From Candidatus Enterousia avicola (GTDB taxonomy: Bacteria > Pseudomonadota > Alphaproteobacteria > Rs-D84), in contig DVNO01000021.1 of the NCBI GenBank assembly GCA_018714345.1, positions 4,683-68,682 of the forward strand: DNA of 64,000 nt. Reading direction: 5' to 3'. Shown here piece after piece: positions 26,948-37,482 of the stretch; the first letter of the stretch is position 1; every line of letters starts with the position of its first letter. The position numbers were made by a program, and so were the translations under genes. The notes under the pieces were generated by a model. The model ran no database searches. It saw only the letters and a program-made list of their open reading frames with translations, and was not told the DNA's origin.

Positions 26948-27019
26948 ATTAAATACCCCCGTATAAAGATTATAACACGGGGGCGGTATCTGTATAAATC
27001 GGATTGTTATCCAACTTAT

Positions 27020-27952
27020 TTATTTTATCACATCATAATTTTTGCGAATAATTTTTCCGCTGCGTCGCAATGCTGATGCTTCAGAAGCTGATAACTTCGG
27101 TTTAATAGTCGCAATCACACCATTTGAACCTACTATACGTGGCAAAGACATAGCTACCATATCACTGGCCGTACCTGATACACAGCTGACCGTTAATATT
27201 CTGTGCTCGTCATTTATTATGCAGCGCAATAAATCTGCCGCCGCCGCACCAATTCCATCCCACGTAGCACCACGTCCACGAATTATTTCGTATGCTGCAT
27301 TCCTTACCCGATGTTCAATAGTGTTTCTTGTGGTTGCGGGTAAAGATATTTTCATTTGCTTGCAAAAATCATCCAAAGCCACCGCGCCAACTGTTGCAGA
27401 CGTCCAATCTACAACGCTGCTGTCACCATGTTCTCCAACAACATAGGCATTTATCGACTGTGTTGAAACATCCAATTGACGTGACAATATCGTACGTAAC
27501 CTGGCTGTATCTAACATCGTACCAGTTCCAATAACTTTTCCCGACGGTAATTTAGACAACTTCGTTGCCAGCATAACCATTACGTCCAAAGGATTTGTAA
27601 GAATTATTATTCTTACTTTCTTTGCATCTACATTTGCCATTACATGTGGAATAATATCTTGGATTACACCAGCATTCTTATTCAATAAGTCCATCCGTGT
27701 TTCGCCCGGTTTCTGATTCGCACCCGCCGCAACTATTACAATATCACTACCACGAATACCGCGATAATTACTGACAGCACTAATCTTTACGTCAAAACCG
27801 AAACTTGCAGCATGTCCCAAATCTTCCGCGGCAGCACGCGCACGAATACCGTCCCTATCAAATAAAACAATTTCATGAACAAAACCTGTGTTCTTTACAG
27901 CAGTTGCAACAGCAGAACCAACCGTACCTACACCTATTATCGCTATTTTCAT
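27020..27952 (-). CDS. ldh: L-lactate dehydrogenase
   Basis: NAD motif MKIAIIGVGTVGSAV. The substrate loop AGANQKPGETRMDL has Gln at the LDH/MDH discriminating position. Catalytic GEHGDS. Confidence 0.8.
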   Translation of the reverse strand: MKIAIIGVGTVGSAVATAVKNTGFVHEIVLFDRDGIRARAAAEDLGHAASFGFDVKISAVSNYRGIRGSDIVIVAAGANQKPGETRMDLLNKNAGVIQDIIPHVMANVDAKKVRIIILTNPLDVMVMLATKLSKLPSGKVIGTGTMLDTARLRTILSRQLDVSTQSINAYVVGEHGDSSVVDWTSATVGAVALDDFCKQMKISLPATTRNTIEHRVRNAAYEIIRGRGATWDGIGAAAADLLRCIINDEHRILTVSCVSGTASDMVAMSLPRIVGSNGVIATIKPKLSASEASALRRSGKIIRKNYDVIK

Positions 27953-28018
27953 ATTCTCTCGTCCTTTTTATTTTTACTGATATATTATATCATAAAAAAT
28001 CGCCCATGCGGGCGATTT

Positions 28019-29455
28019 TTAATACGATTTTGCTACATAAACATATTCAGGATTTTTATCATCAAGACATCTGCGTGATATCTTATACTTTTCCATCAAA
28101 CCATCAAACTCTGCATTTTGAGTCAATTCGTTCTTGATACGGAAAAATCCTATTCTGCCGTCCGCTAATGCAGCTTCCAATTCTGCCAAGTCAGCAACAT
28201 CATGTATCATAGTCTTGTTACGTTCGACAACTGCATTATACATATCGTGTTGCATCTGGTTTAACGTGGCAGTTATATTCTGTAACAACTCTGTATCAGT
28301 AATCGTGCGCTTTGAAGACTTTCCTAAATCACGACGCGTTACCGTAACTGTATTTTCTTCCATTTCACGCGCACCAATTTCTATGCGTAATGGAACACCA
28401 CGTTTAATCCATTTCCACATCTTGTCCGGTGCACGCATATCAGAAGCATCAACTAAAACACGAATACCTATATTACGTAGCTGTTCAGCCAACTTTTCTG
28501 AGTACTCGTTCAATGCTGCTGCATTTTCATCGCGTGTAATTGGAATAATTACAACCTGATACGGTGCAATAGCTGGTGGCAAAACCAAACCGTCATCATC
28601 AGAATGGGTCATAAACAAACTACCCATCATACGTGTAGATACCCCCCAAGATGTTGTCCATGCATGTTTCAATTGACCATCAGTACCTAAGTATTGAATA
28701 CCAAAGGACTTAGAAAAATGCTGACCTAAATCATGGGACGTACCCGCCTGTAAAGCTTTACCATCTTGCATAATATGCTCTAACGTGTAAGTATGGTCTG
28801 CACCAGCAAAGCGCTCTTCTGGTGTTTTTTCACCCATAATAGACGGTATGGCCAAGACCTCTCGCATATAGTCCCCATATAACTTATGCATTTTCCTAGC
28901 ATCAGCATTTGCTTCTTCATGGGTGGCAAATGCGTTATGACCTTCTTGCCAATAGAACTCTGATGTACGCAAAAACAAGCGTGGCCGCATTTCCCAGCGC
29001 ATCACATTTACCCATTGATTTAATTTCAATGGCAAATCACGATACGACTGCACCCAACGAGACATCGCATCACCAATAATAGTTTCTGACGTCGGGCGAA
29101 TGACGTATGGTTCCGTCAATTTAGCATCTGGGTCAGGCTGTAAGACACCGTCAATTGCTTTTAATCTATAATGCGTCACAACTGCCGCTTCTTTCGCAAA
29201 ACCTGCAACATGTTCCGCCTCTTTATTAAAAAAATTAATAGGTATCAATAGTGGAAATTGAGCGTTCTGAACCCCTTGGGCTTTAATGCGTTTATCAAGT
29301 TCATCTCGCATTAATTCCCAAATTGCCCACCCATAAGGCTTTATCGTCATACAACCGCGAACAGGTGCATTTTCTGCCAAATCTGCCGCCGTAATCAAGT
29401 TCTGATACCATTCACTAAAATTTTCCGCACGCGTCGGTGTAATCGCTGTTTTCAT
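28019..29455 (-). CDS. proS: proline--tRNA ligase, archaeal/eukaryote-like type
   Basis: 478 aa with no INS editing domain. N-terminus FSEWYQNLITAADLAE..PVRGCMTIKPYG and a C-terminal extension ending ...VYVAKSY (terminal Tyr). Confidence 0.9.
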   Translation of the reverse strand: MKTAITPTRAENFSEWYQNLITAADLAENAPVRGCMTIKPYGWAIWELMRDELDKRIKAQGVQNAQFPLLIPINFFNKEAEHVAGFAKEAAVVTHYRLKAIDGVLQPDPDAKLTEPYVIRPTSETIIGDAMSRWVQSYRDLPLKLNQWVNVMRWEMRPRLFLRTSEFYWQEGHNAFATHEEANADARKMHKLYGDYMREVLAIPSIMGEKTPEERFAGADHTYTLEHIMQDGKALQAGTSHDLGQHFSKSFGIQYLGTDGQLKHAWTTSWGVSTRMMGSLFMTHSDDDGLVLPPAIAPYQVVIIPITRDENAAALNEYSEKLAEQLRNIGIRVLVDASDMRAPDKMWKWIKRGVPLRIEIGAREMEENTVTVTRRDLGKSSKRTITDTELLQNITATLNQMQHDMYNAVVERNKTMIHDVADLAELEAALADGRIGFFRIKNELTQNAEFDGLMEKYKISRRCLDDKNPEYVYVAKSY

Positions 29456-29470
29456 ATTAAAATCTCTTTA

Positions 29471-30301
29471 TTATTTTTTTGCTTTCTTATCTTTTAATTC
29501 CATGTATTTATCGGAAACTATCTTTTGCAGCGTCTCCGCAATCTGCTTTCTATCCATACCCGCAAGGGGTGGTGGTGTTAAAACGGTTAGCTCTACCAAA
29601 AAGCCACCCAGCATCATTATATGAAATACCTGACCAAACGCACTGCGCTCATGCGAACACAATGGTCCCATATCCTGCTTTGCATTCGCAAAATATCCAA
29701 AGTGTTCCGCCAAGTCTTCGTCACTAATAACACTACCGTCACGATACCTATAATTCATTACCATCGGTTGTACAATAACATCCGAATTCTCAACAAAATT
29801 AAATAGTGTACTTTTAAAAGGCTTTACATATGCCCCGTTAGTGGTCGTTCCTTCTGGAAATAAAAATACAGGATAAGAAACCTTAGATAAAGTTTCTTGC
29901 ACTTGCTTCAAAGCTTCTATCGCATGCGATGGTCTGCGATCTACAAAAACAACACCAAACTTACGTGCCACCCAACCAACAAGTGGCCAAGCTTCTATAT
30001 CTTTCTTCGCAACAAAACTGCCGCCAAACGCAACTGGAAATGTAGCTATTTCAAATATAGAAATATGATTGGATATCACCAATAACGGTCTGTGCTTTGA
30101 TATTTTCCCGTGTACACGTATCTTTATTCCAGATAGAATTAATAAAATCTGCATAAAAATTCCCATATACCAAACGGAAACTTTCCCGCGCGGTAAAAGT
30201 AAAATTATGGGTAATTGAATGACAACCATTACCCAGAACGCAGCAAACTTTACTGCAGCACCAGCCGTATTAAAAATATTCTGCTTTCTAACCTGCCCCA
30301 T
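29471..30301 (-). CDS. olsA: lysophospholipid/lyso-ornithine-lipid O-acyltransferase (PlsC family)
   Basis: Acyltransferase motifs NHISIFE and FPEGTTTNG. The start overlaps the stop of the upstream OlsB-like gene (TAATG). Confidence 0.65.
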   Translation of the reverse strand: MGQVRKQNIFNTAGAAVKFAAFWVMVVIQLPIILLLPRGKVSVWYMGIFMQILLILSGIKIRVHGKISKHRPLLVISNHISIFEIATFPVAFGGSFVAKKDIEAWPLVGWVARKFGVVFVDRRPSHAIEALKQVQETLSKVSYPVFLFPEGTTTNGAYVKPFKSTLFNFVENSDVIVQPMVMNYRYRDGSVISDEDLAEHFGYFANAKQDMGPLCSHERSAFGQVFHIMMLGGFLVELTVLTPPPLAGMDRKQIAETLQKIVSDKYMELKDKKAKK

Positions 30302-31257
30302 TAGTCGCGTTCCTCTTCTTCTTTAGAGTCATCTATATATTCCGCGTCAGCTGCATCTTCCCGTAATAAGAATTCAAAAAATGCCCTTACTACTTTAAAC
30401 GATCCGGTCACAGGCCATAACATTATTTTCCCTACAGTCTTTAAAGTACCATCTTTCTCGCCCAAATCACCTAAGGCATTTTCACGCCCCAAAAAGTGTT
30501 TCTGATATGCGGCATCAATATTCCGAGTCTGCATCATTACAAAAACATCATAAGAATTAAATGGTTTGTCTATAAAAACACCCTTACCAAAAGTTGCCCC
30601 CAGACGCAAATACCCCTTTATAAGCGGCGTCATCTGACGACGCGCATCTGCATCATCTATAAACTCGCGCGGGAGTATATTCATCCTGGCAAGTTTTGGA
30701 TTCACACCATCTGCAAAATTTTCTGGTAAAACAGTTGCCCTTAATCTTAATGGTGTCAAATGGTTATAATACAAATAAGATATTGCCTGTGCTGATTCCA
30801 CAGATTTTGTTCCAACCCATGAAGCCACACCAAATAATATTTCTATTTTTCTACGTACTATATATTCACCAAGCCCTGCCCACAGCATTCTCATAACCAG
30901 CGCATTCTCGCGATATGCCTTGTCAACACATGCCCTGGACATTTCTGCAATATTTCCGTTATATTTCTTTATCTTTGAAATATTAAATTCTGATTCTGTA
31001 TAAAAACCACCCATTTTCTCGGCAGCATTTCTATCAATTATTCTATATGTACCAACTATCTTTCCATTATGAAAAACTGCTAAATATTCTGCATATCTAT
31101 CGAAAGCATCGTATTCTTCACGCAGATTACGTTGCTCTTCCGTGGCAGACGCCCCCTCTTCTTCTACGAAAACGTCATAACGCAACTGACGTACCTGGCG
31201 ACGTTCTTCCTTGTTTCTTGTTAAACGAACTTCATAATCTCGGACTTTGATAGCCAT
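30301..31257 (-). CDS. olsB: GNAT-type N-acyltransferase, OlsB-like (ornithine lipid synthesis)
   Basis: 318 aa. RQLRYDVFVEEEG...DAFD...IVGTYRII...FYTESEFNI matches the hemolysin-like/OlsB acyltransferase pattern. It is paired with a PlsC-family gene. Confidence 0.6.
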   Translation of the reverse strand: MAIKVRDYEVRLTRNKEERRQVRQLRYDVFVEEEGASATEEQRNLREEYDAFDRYAEYLAVFHNGKIVGTYRIIDRNAAEKMGGFYTESEFNISKIKKYNGNIAEMSRACVDKAYRENALVMRMLWAGLGEYIVRRKIEILFGVASWVGTKSVESAQAISYLYYNHLTPLRLRATVLPENFADGVNPKLARMNILPREFIDDADARRQMTPLIKGYLRLGATFGKGVFIDKPFNSYDVFVMMQTRNIDAAYQKHFLGRENALGDLGEKDGTLKTVGKIMLWPVTGSFKVVRAFFEFLLREDAADAEYIDDSKEEEERD

Positions 31258-31324
31258 AAATATATCCTTTATAAAACCAAATATATCTAAAGAATATCAA
31301 AGTAACCCCATGTTTTCAATTAAT

Positions 31325-32413
31325 TTATTGCTTTAATTCATCCGCCAATGTGGCGACTGCTAATGCGTACCAATTAGAACTATTCCACCTTTTTATGCGA
31401 TAAAAATTAGGATATGTAAGATACGCATATATAGCTGGTTGTGGTGCAACATCTGTATCAATAGCATTTGGATCAACGCTTACTGATGACGCAGCCGCAG
31501 CAATAGCTGCCGCACGCTGTTCTTGAATTAGCTTTATATCCCCAACTAAACCAGCTGTCATATCAGCAATAGGTATAGGCGACCCGTCTTCGTTCATTAC
31601 ACCCATTCTAGCCCAATCTGCCAATGGCTTCTTTGTCTTGCCGTCTAATAAAGAAACATCAAAATTAGCCGGCAGCAAAACACGACTAACTATTTTTTCA
31701 TTCGGATTCCAGCCCATCTTATGTAAATAATTTCCTGCACTAAACATGGCATCGCCAACACTATGAATTATATCTACCCTGCCATCACCATTGCCGTCCG
31801 CACCGTACTGCTGTAAAGTCGTCGGAATAAACTGAAAGTGCCCCATTGCCCCAGCCCAACTACCACGAATATCATTTATATCTAAACCGTTCTTATCCGC
31901 TATTTTCATAAGTGCTAACAACTGATTTCCAAAGAAAGTTTCCCGACGCCCTTCATACATTAATGTTAAAAAAGCATCCGTTAATTTATGTGCCGCACGG
32001 TATTCCCCGTAATTAGACTCTAATCCCCAGAAAGCCAGAATAACATGTGGCTGAACACCATACTTATTTTCTACGCGCGAAAGCATCGTCGGGTATGTGA
32101 CCCGCATCTCTTTCCCTTTGGCTATTCGCTTAGAATTTACAGTCCTTGCAAGATACTCGTCCAACGTTAATGTGAACTCCGCCTGATTTCTGTCGCTTTT
32201 CACAATTGCTGGTATAAAAGCTGGATATTTTAAAGTTGCATCAATGACTTCTTTTGAAATGTTCTGATTTCTTGCACGCACACGAACGTCATCTAAAATC
32301 CCGTACCATCTATCTACGTCAAAAACACCACCGTCTGCATACACAGAACAGATTGGTACAAAAACCAACATGACCACGCCAATCAGGCGCGTGAAAAATT
32401 TTGTCTTTTTCAT
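31325..32413 (-). CDS. lytic murein transglycosylase (MltB/SLT_2 family)
   Basis: Signal peptide, then ILAFWGLESNYG (catalytic Glu) and GAMGHFQFIPTT motifs. Confidence 0.8.
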   Translation of the reverse strand: MKKTKFFTRLIGVVMLVFVPICSVYADGGVFDVDRWYGILDDVRVRARNQNISKEVIDATLKYPAFIPAIVKSDRNQAEFTLTLDEYLARTVNSKRIAKGKEMRVTYPTMLSRVENKYGVQPHVILAFWGLESNYGEYRAAHKLTDAFLTLMYEGRRETFFGNQLLALMKIADKNGLDINDIRGSWAGAMGHFQFIPTTLQQYGADGNGDGRVDIIHSVGDAMFSAGNYLHKMGWNPNEKIVSRVLLPANFDVSLLDGKTKKPLADWARMGVMNEDGSPIPIADMTAGLVGDIKLIQEQRAAAIAAAASSVSVDPNAIDTDVAPQPAIYAYLTYPNFYRIKRWNSSNWYALAVATLADELKQ

Positions 32414-32425
32414 CGTACGCCTCTA

Positions 32426-33919
32426 CTAAAATGAATATTTTAAACCAACATGCAACCCAAAAGACTGCCACGTTGCATGATCTAACTGATCGCTGATGTA
32501 TACCGTTTCTGCAGGAACTGTCTCTAAAATCGGTAACCCATTATCATCCAAAATATAGTAACCATTTTCATCAACAAGCCAAGTTGTATACTCTGCTAGA
32601 TATAACTCACCACCAATATGCCCCACGTAGAACAAATCTGTATCAACTTTTATCGCCAATTGCATGCGATCGGAAATTCGATAGTTATATTCCATCTCGG
32701 CTGCATAAGAGTACGCACCATTGCTACCCTCATCAATAAAGCTTGGATTCTGCTGCCAATCTGTTCTATTTGGCCATGTACCTTCAGAAGAATATTTAGG
32801 CAATCCGACTTGGAAATAAAAGCGCAACTTGTCCGCCAACGTCATTTGCTTTTCAATTTCCAACCCAATATAAAAACCAGACCATGTGGTGTTGTATATA
32901 TGTGTAGTGCCCTCTACTATAACTGGCCCATCTCCACCAATTATAACGCATTCACCAGAATCAACACCCCACGGAACATAACCCATATCAGGATTATAAT
33001 CACCCGTTACTAAACTTGTACCCAACCCAAGAATGCTGCCAGAATTGGTTGTCTGAACCAGCTTTATATCTTCTGGAGACATACAAACCTGATACCAATC
33101 CTCTGGTGCAGCAACGTTTATAGGAACAGAATAATAATTTCCCTCTAAGTCACCATAAACATAATCACCATTGTTCGTCATCAATGGCAAGAATATACCT
33201 GGGTTCGGATAATAATGATCCGACATTTCTAAGTTATGATTGAATATTTCATATCCAAAAGATGGGGAAAGTTTCCAACCACCGAAATCCCATACGTGTC
33301 TGGCACCGATTCCCAGTTTTAAATGGTTAGTACGACCAGTTTGGTCACCAACAGAAACCGTAAATATCCCATCCTGCGGCTTTGATGCGTCATACGGCTC
33401 CAAGTCATAATCCATGGACATCCCGCCATGCGACATGAATCCCATACTGTATTCGCCATACGCAAACATATCAAAATTGCGAACGCTAAAATTATGCTCT
33501 ACCCCGACACCAATCTCGTTAAAAACCATATCGTCCCATTCAAGGACTGAATTTACACCAGTTTTAAACTCAAAATCTGCAAAACGACGCGTATATGTGG
33601 CATAAACATTTGTCTTGTCTTCACTTGGCACCGCAATACCATTAACCGTCATTGCACCCGCGCTAGAATTTACAACAGGACGTGGAACCTGGTAAGAATA
33701 CGTTTGGCTGCCAACTATTTGTTTATTCCCAGACTGCCCCACATACTTGGTATACCCTTGACTTGCATACTGACCATAGGCCGTCTGATTGGCATTCATA
33801 GAGTTATTAGACTGATAATAAGAAGGCACCCCTTCGTTTGACGCAAACGAAGCCATGGGAACCAACAGTCCACATAAAAAAGCTAACCTTCCTGTCTTCA
33901 TACCTACATTGTTGAACAT
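32426..33919 (-). CDS. putative outer-membrane beta-barrel protein
   Basis: Signal peptide (..LLVPMASFA). Aromatic-rich alternating strands. C-terminal GLHVGLKYSF ending in Phe. Alternative start at Met7 (33901). Confidence 0.5.
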   Translation of the reverse strand: MFNNVGMKTGRLAFLCGLLVPMASFASNEGVPSYYQSNNSMNANQTAYGQYASQGYTKYVGQSGNKQIVGSQTYSYQVPRPVVNSSAGAMTVNGIAVPSEDKTNVYATYTRRFADFEFKTGVNSVLEWDDMVFNEIGVGVEHNFSVRNFDMFAYGEYSMGFMSHGGMSMDYDLEPYDASKPQDGIFTVSVGDQTGRTNHLKLGIGARHVWDFGGWKLSPSFGYEIFNHNLEMSDHYYPNPGIFLPLMTNNGDYVYGDLEGNYYSVPINVAAPEDWYQVCMSPEDIKLVQTTNSGSILGLGTSLVTGDYNPDMGYVPWGVDSGECVIIGGDGPVIVEGTTHIYNTTWSGFYIGLEIEKQMTLADKLRFYFQVGLPKYSSEGTWPNRTDWQQNPSFIDEGSNGAYSYAAEMEYNYRISDRMQLAIKVDTDLFYVGHIGGELYLAEYTTWLVDENGYYILDDNGLPILETVPAETVYISDQLDHATWQSFGLHVGLKYSF

Positions 33920-34012
33920 ATTCTAACATAAAAATCATTTATATGAAAAGCAATTTTTTGAAATTATCATCAAATACTGGATTTCTAGACTCTTTTGTAT
34001 AAAATCATTCTT

Positions 34013-35074
34013 ATGAATTCAACTTATTACAATATATACATACACGTTCCTTTTTGCATGTCAAAGTGCAACTATTGTGCTTTTTTCTCGCGGGCTTGTG
34101 CGAAACCTGATTGGGAAACGTACACAAAAAACATAAAAGAAGAACTCTTATATTGGTCAAAAGTCCTGGGGCGCATTAATGTATCAACTGTATTTTTTGG
34201 TGGGGGAACCCCGTCTCTTATGCCGACAGCATCATTTAGTGAGATAATTGCAGATATATACAAACTTTTTGAACCGACAGGCGATTGCGAAATTTCTTTT
34301 GAAGCGAACCCCGGAACCATAGATGAAAAAAAGCTTGATAGCTTTATAGCTGCCGGCGCAAACAGGATATCTATCGGTATTCAAAGTTTAGATGACGATA
34401 AGTTAAAATTTTTAGGGCGGCGACACGATACCAAAACCGCACTTAAAATTCTAGAAACTGCACTTAAAAAGAATATTCGGGTATCTGCTGATTTTATATA
34501 TGGCCTACCTGGTGAAGACACAAAATACATTACTCAATTATGCAAAGACATAAATCGACTAGGATTAACGCATTGCTCTTTATACGAACTAACAATAGAA
34601 CCAAATACTCCTTTTGGTAGACAGAATTTACAAATGCCATCTAACGAAGAAATGGCCGATATGTACCTAGCCATATCAGAAACACTTGGTTTGCCACGAT
34701 ACGAGGTTTCAAACTATGCCGTTAATGGTCAAGAATGTCGCCACAATCTAAATGTCTGGGATGGTGCGCCATATATAGGTATCGGCAAAGGTGCGGCCGG
34801 TCGTGTACTAATTGACAATCAATGGTACGAGCAAATGGGTGGCGGTGAAAAATTTGAAAAGATATCTGACGAGACTCGCGCCGAAGAAAGACTGATTACA
34901 GGGCTACGTCAAACACGTGGTGTTTATCTTGACAACAATGTAAAAAAAATAATAAATATGGACTACGTACAAAAACATCCAGACTTGTTGCAACAAACGT
35001 CTGACAATAGAATTGCTGCCACAAAAAATGGGATATTGATTTTGGACGATTTAATACTAAATCTAATGAGGTAG
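34013..35074 (+). CDS. hemW: radical SAM HemN-like protein / heme chaperone HemW
   Basis: IYIHVPFCMSKCNYCAF (CxxxCxxC), GGGTPS, and a HemN C-terminal-like domain. The start is set at the first ATG; the ORF-track start is a TTG at 33995. Confidence 0.8.
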   Translation: MNSTYYNIYIHVPFCMSKCNYCAFFSRACAKPDWETYTKNIKEELLYWSKVLGRINVSTVFFGGGTPSLMPTASFSEIIADIYKLFEPTGDCEISFEANPGTIDEKKLDSFIAAGANRISIGIQSLDDDKLKFLGRRHDTKTALKILETALKKNIRVSADFIYGLPGEDTKYITQLCKDINRLGLTHCSLYELTIEPNTPFGRQNLQMPSNEEMADMYLAISETLGLPRYEVSNYAVNGQECRHNLNVWDGAPYIGIGKGAAGRVLIDNQWYEQMGGGEKFEKISDETRAEERLITGLRQTRGVYLDNNVKKIINMDYVQKHPDLLQQTSDNRIAATKNGILILDDLILNLMR

Positions 35075-35077
35075 TTT

Positions 35078-37072
35078 ATGCAAAGTAAAGTTCTGAATAT
35101 TATCGGAATAATTGCAGTAGCGATTGCAGTCATTTCGGCATATTTTATCACAAGACCAAAGGAGAAAGTTATGAACATGGGCATAAAAGAAGAAAATATG
35201 GATTTATCGGTAAAACCTGGTGACAATTTCTTTGACTATGCAACTTTGGGATGGCGACGTGTAAACCCGATACCTGACGATTATACACGATATGGTGCTT
35301 TTGAAATTTTACATGATACAAACTTAAAACGAGTCCGTGAAATTGCAGAAACAGATAATGGGAAAATAGGCACTTTGTATTCTGTTGCAATGAACGAAGA
35401 TAAATTAAACGCAGAAAAAACAACCCCTGTAAAAAAATATCTAGACGAAATAGATGCTATAAAATCTAAATCTGAAATACCGACTTATTTGGGTAAAATG
35501 CATAAATTCTCGTCTGCGTTTTGGGCAGATGGTGTTGCGCTGGATGAAAAAAATAGTGAATATTACTTATACAATATCGGCCAAGGTGGTATTGGTTTGT
35601 CCAGAGATTACTTTTTTGATGATGATAAAAAGTCTGTTGAAATTCGTAAAAAGTATCGCGAATTTATCGCAAAGCAGACTAAAAACTTTGGGCTTTCTAT
35701 AGATGCAGATAAACTGTACGCATTGGAAGAACGTATGGCTAAATCATTCTATCCAAAAGAAAAACTGCGCGACCCGAATGCAAACTATCATAAAATGACT
35801 CTTGCAGAGGTAAAAGAAAACTTTTCTGCTTTTGATTGGGACGCTTACTTAAAGGCGCGCGGGGCAGATGCCGCAAAAGAAATAAATATAAATCAACCGG
35901 AAGCTATCACAGAATCAATCGCAATTATTAATGATACAGATTTAAACCTGATTAAAGATTATCTGAAATATCGCGTAATTAGCGCTGCAGATACGGTATT
36001 GGATGATACTACATATGAAATTTCCTTTGATTTTTATAATCGAACTATGGCGGGGCAAAAAGAGCAAAAACCACGTTGGAAACGTGCTGTCGCTTTGCTG
36101 GATGGTTCTTTGGGCGAAGAAATAGGAAGACTATATGTCAATAAATACTTTTCTGCCGATGCGAAAAAGCGCATGCAGCAACTAGTAAAAAACTTACAAC
36201 GCGCTTTGGGAATTCGTATAGAAAACCTATCATGGATGTCAGATGAAACAAAAGCGCAGGCACTTGAAAAATTAAATACATTTAAAGCAAAAATTGGCTA
36301 CCCAGATAAATGGCGCGATTATTCAAATTTGAATATAAGTGCAGACATATCACTATGGGAAAATGTTGTACGTGTTTCAGAATTTGAAGATGCCTTCTGG
36401 CTTGAAAAAATCGGAAAAAAGCAAGACCCCACCATATGGTATATGAACGCACACGAGGTAAATGCGTATTATGACCCTTCAACTAATGAAGTCTGTTTCC
36501 CAGCAGGAATATTGCAATACCCATTTTTTGATATGTCTGCAGATGACGCGTTTAATTACGGTGCAATTGGTAGTGTTATAGGCCACGAAATGACACATGG
36601 ATTCGACGATACTGGAAGACAATTTGACAAAGATGGAAACTTGCGGGATTGGTGGACTGCGGCCGATGCAGAAAACTTTACAAAACGTGCTGACGTGATG
36701 AAAGAATTTTTCAACAAAATAGAAATTACGCCAGACGTTCACGCAAATGGAGAATTCACATTAGGTGAAAATTTAGCGGATTACGGTGGCATAACTGTAT
36801 CTTATACTGCGTATAAAAATTTTGCTACACCGACCGAGACAGTAAACAGCCTATCTGCAGACCAGCGCTTTTTCATAGCCTATGCTGGTGTTTGGGCGCA
36901 AAACATACGCGATGCCGAAGCATTACGTTTAACAAAAATGGACGAGCATTCTCTTGGTCAATGGCGTGTTAACGGCATATTACCACACATAGACGCATGG
37001 TACGAAGCATTCAATATCACACCAAACGCAAAACTGTATGTGGCCCCAGAAAAACGCGTAAAAATATGGTAA
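35078..37072 (+). CDS. M13 family zinc metallopeptidase (PepO/neprilysin-like)
   Basis: N-terminal anchor, HEMTHGFD (HExxH), ENLADYGG (ENxADxGG), C-terminal ...RVKIW. Confidence 0.85.
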   Translation: MQSKVLNIIGIIAVAIAVISAYFITRPKEKVMNMGIKEENMDLSVKPGDNFFDYATLGWRRVNPIPDDYTRYGAFEILHDTNLKRVREIAETDNGKIGTLYSVAMNEDKLNAEKTTPVKKYLDEIDAIKSKSEIPTYLGKMHKFSSAFWADGVALDEKNSEYYLYNIGQGGIGLSRDYFFDDDKKSVEIRKKYREFIAKQTKNFGLSIDADKLYALEERMAKSFYPKEKLRDPNANYHKMTLAEVKENFSAFDWDAYLKARGADAAKEININQPEAITESIAIINDTDLNLIKDYLKYRVISAADTVLDDTTYEISFDFYNRTMAGQKEQKPRWKRAVALLDGSLGEEIGRLYVNKYFSADAKKRMQQLVKNLQRALGIRIENLSWMSDETKAQALEKLNTFKAKIGYPDKWRDYSNLNISADISLWENVVRVSEFEDAFWLEKIGKKQDPTIWYMNAHEVNAYYDPSTNEVCFPAGILQYPFFDMSADDAFNYGAIGSVIGHEMTHGFDDTGRQFDKDGNLRDWWTAADAENFTKRADVMKEFFNKIEITPDVHANGEFTLGENLADYGGITVSYTAYKNFATPTETVNSLSADQRFFIAYAGVWAQNIRDAEALRLTKMDEHSLGQWRVNGILPHIDAWYEAFNITPNAKLYVAPEKRVKIW

Positions 37073-37073
37073 A

Positions 37074-37102
37074 CAAAAAACCGGCAAATGCCGGTTTTTT
37101 TT
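37074..37102. terminator. bidirectional terminator
   Basis: Hairpin ccggc-aaat-gccgg (37081..37094) with flanking A-run and T-run. Confidence 0.65.
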
Positions 37103-37431
37103 CAATGATGACTAATAAAATGCAAAACTATACTAACAATGAATATTATGGTTATTACTAATAATATCAACTTTTGAACATGGTGACTATGCGAGCCATG
37201 ACATTGTTCACAATCACAGTGACAGTCACGAACAACCAAAAACCATGATAAACATAACATTAACCCAGAAAAAACAAATAACCATGGTTCAAACCAATGT
37301 GGAATAAATTCAGCATGAGCAAACTCTGGCGCAACTAAACCAACAACAGATAATACTATCGGCAACACACAGCAAAACAAATGTGGTAATAGACTTGCAA
37401 TAATTCCTAACTTAACAGCTTTATTTTTCAT
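37102..37431 (-). CDS. small Cys/His-rich membrane protein (MerC-like?)
   Basis: 109 aa with 4 hydrophobic helices, CC in TM1 (HLFCCVLPIV) and a CHCDCEQCHGSHSHH loop. The family assignment is tentative. Confidence 0.4.
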   Translation of the reverse strand: MKNKAVKLGIIASLLPHLFCCVLPIVLSVVGLVAPEFAHAEFIPHWFEPWLFVFSGLMLCLSWFLVVRDCHCDCEQCHGSHSHHVQKLILLVITIIFIVSIVLHFISHH

Positions 37432-37463
37432 GATGAATTCCCCGACGCAGGCTTGTTACCCGC

Positions 37464-37482
37464 TGGTATCCCCAACAGGAAT
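37464..37482. repeat. 19-bp direct repeat of the tRNA-Arg 3' end
   Basis: tggtatccccaacaggaat is identical to 37575..37593, which is the 3' acceptor/T-stem of tRNA-Arg on the minus strand. Confidence 0.85.
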
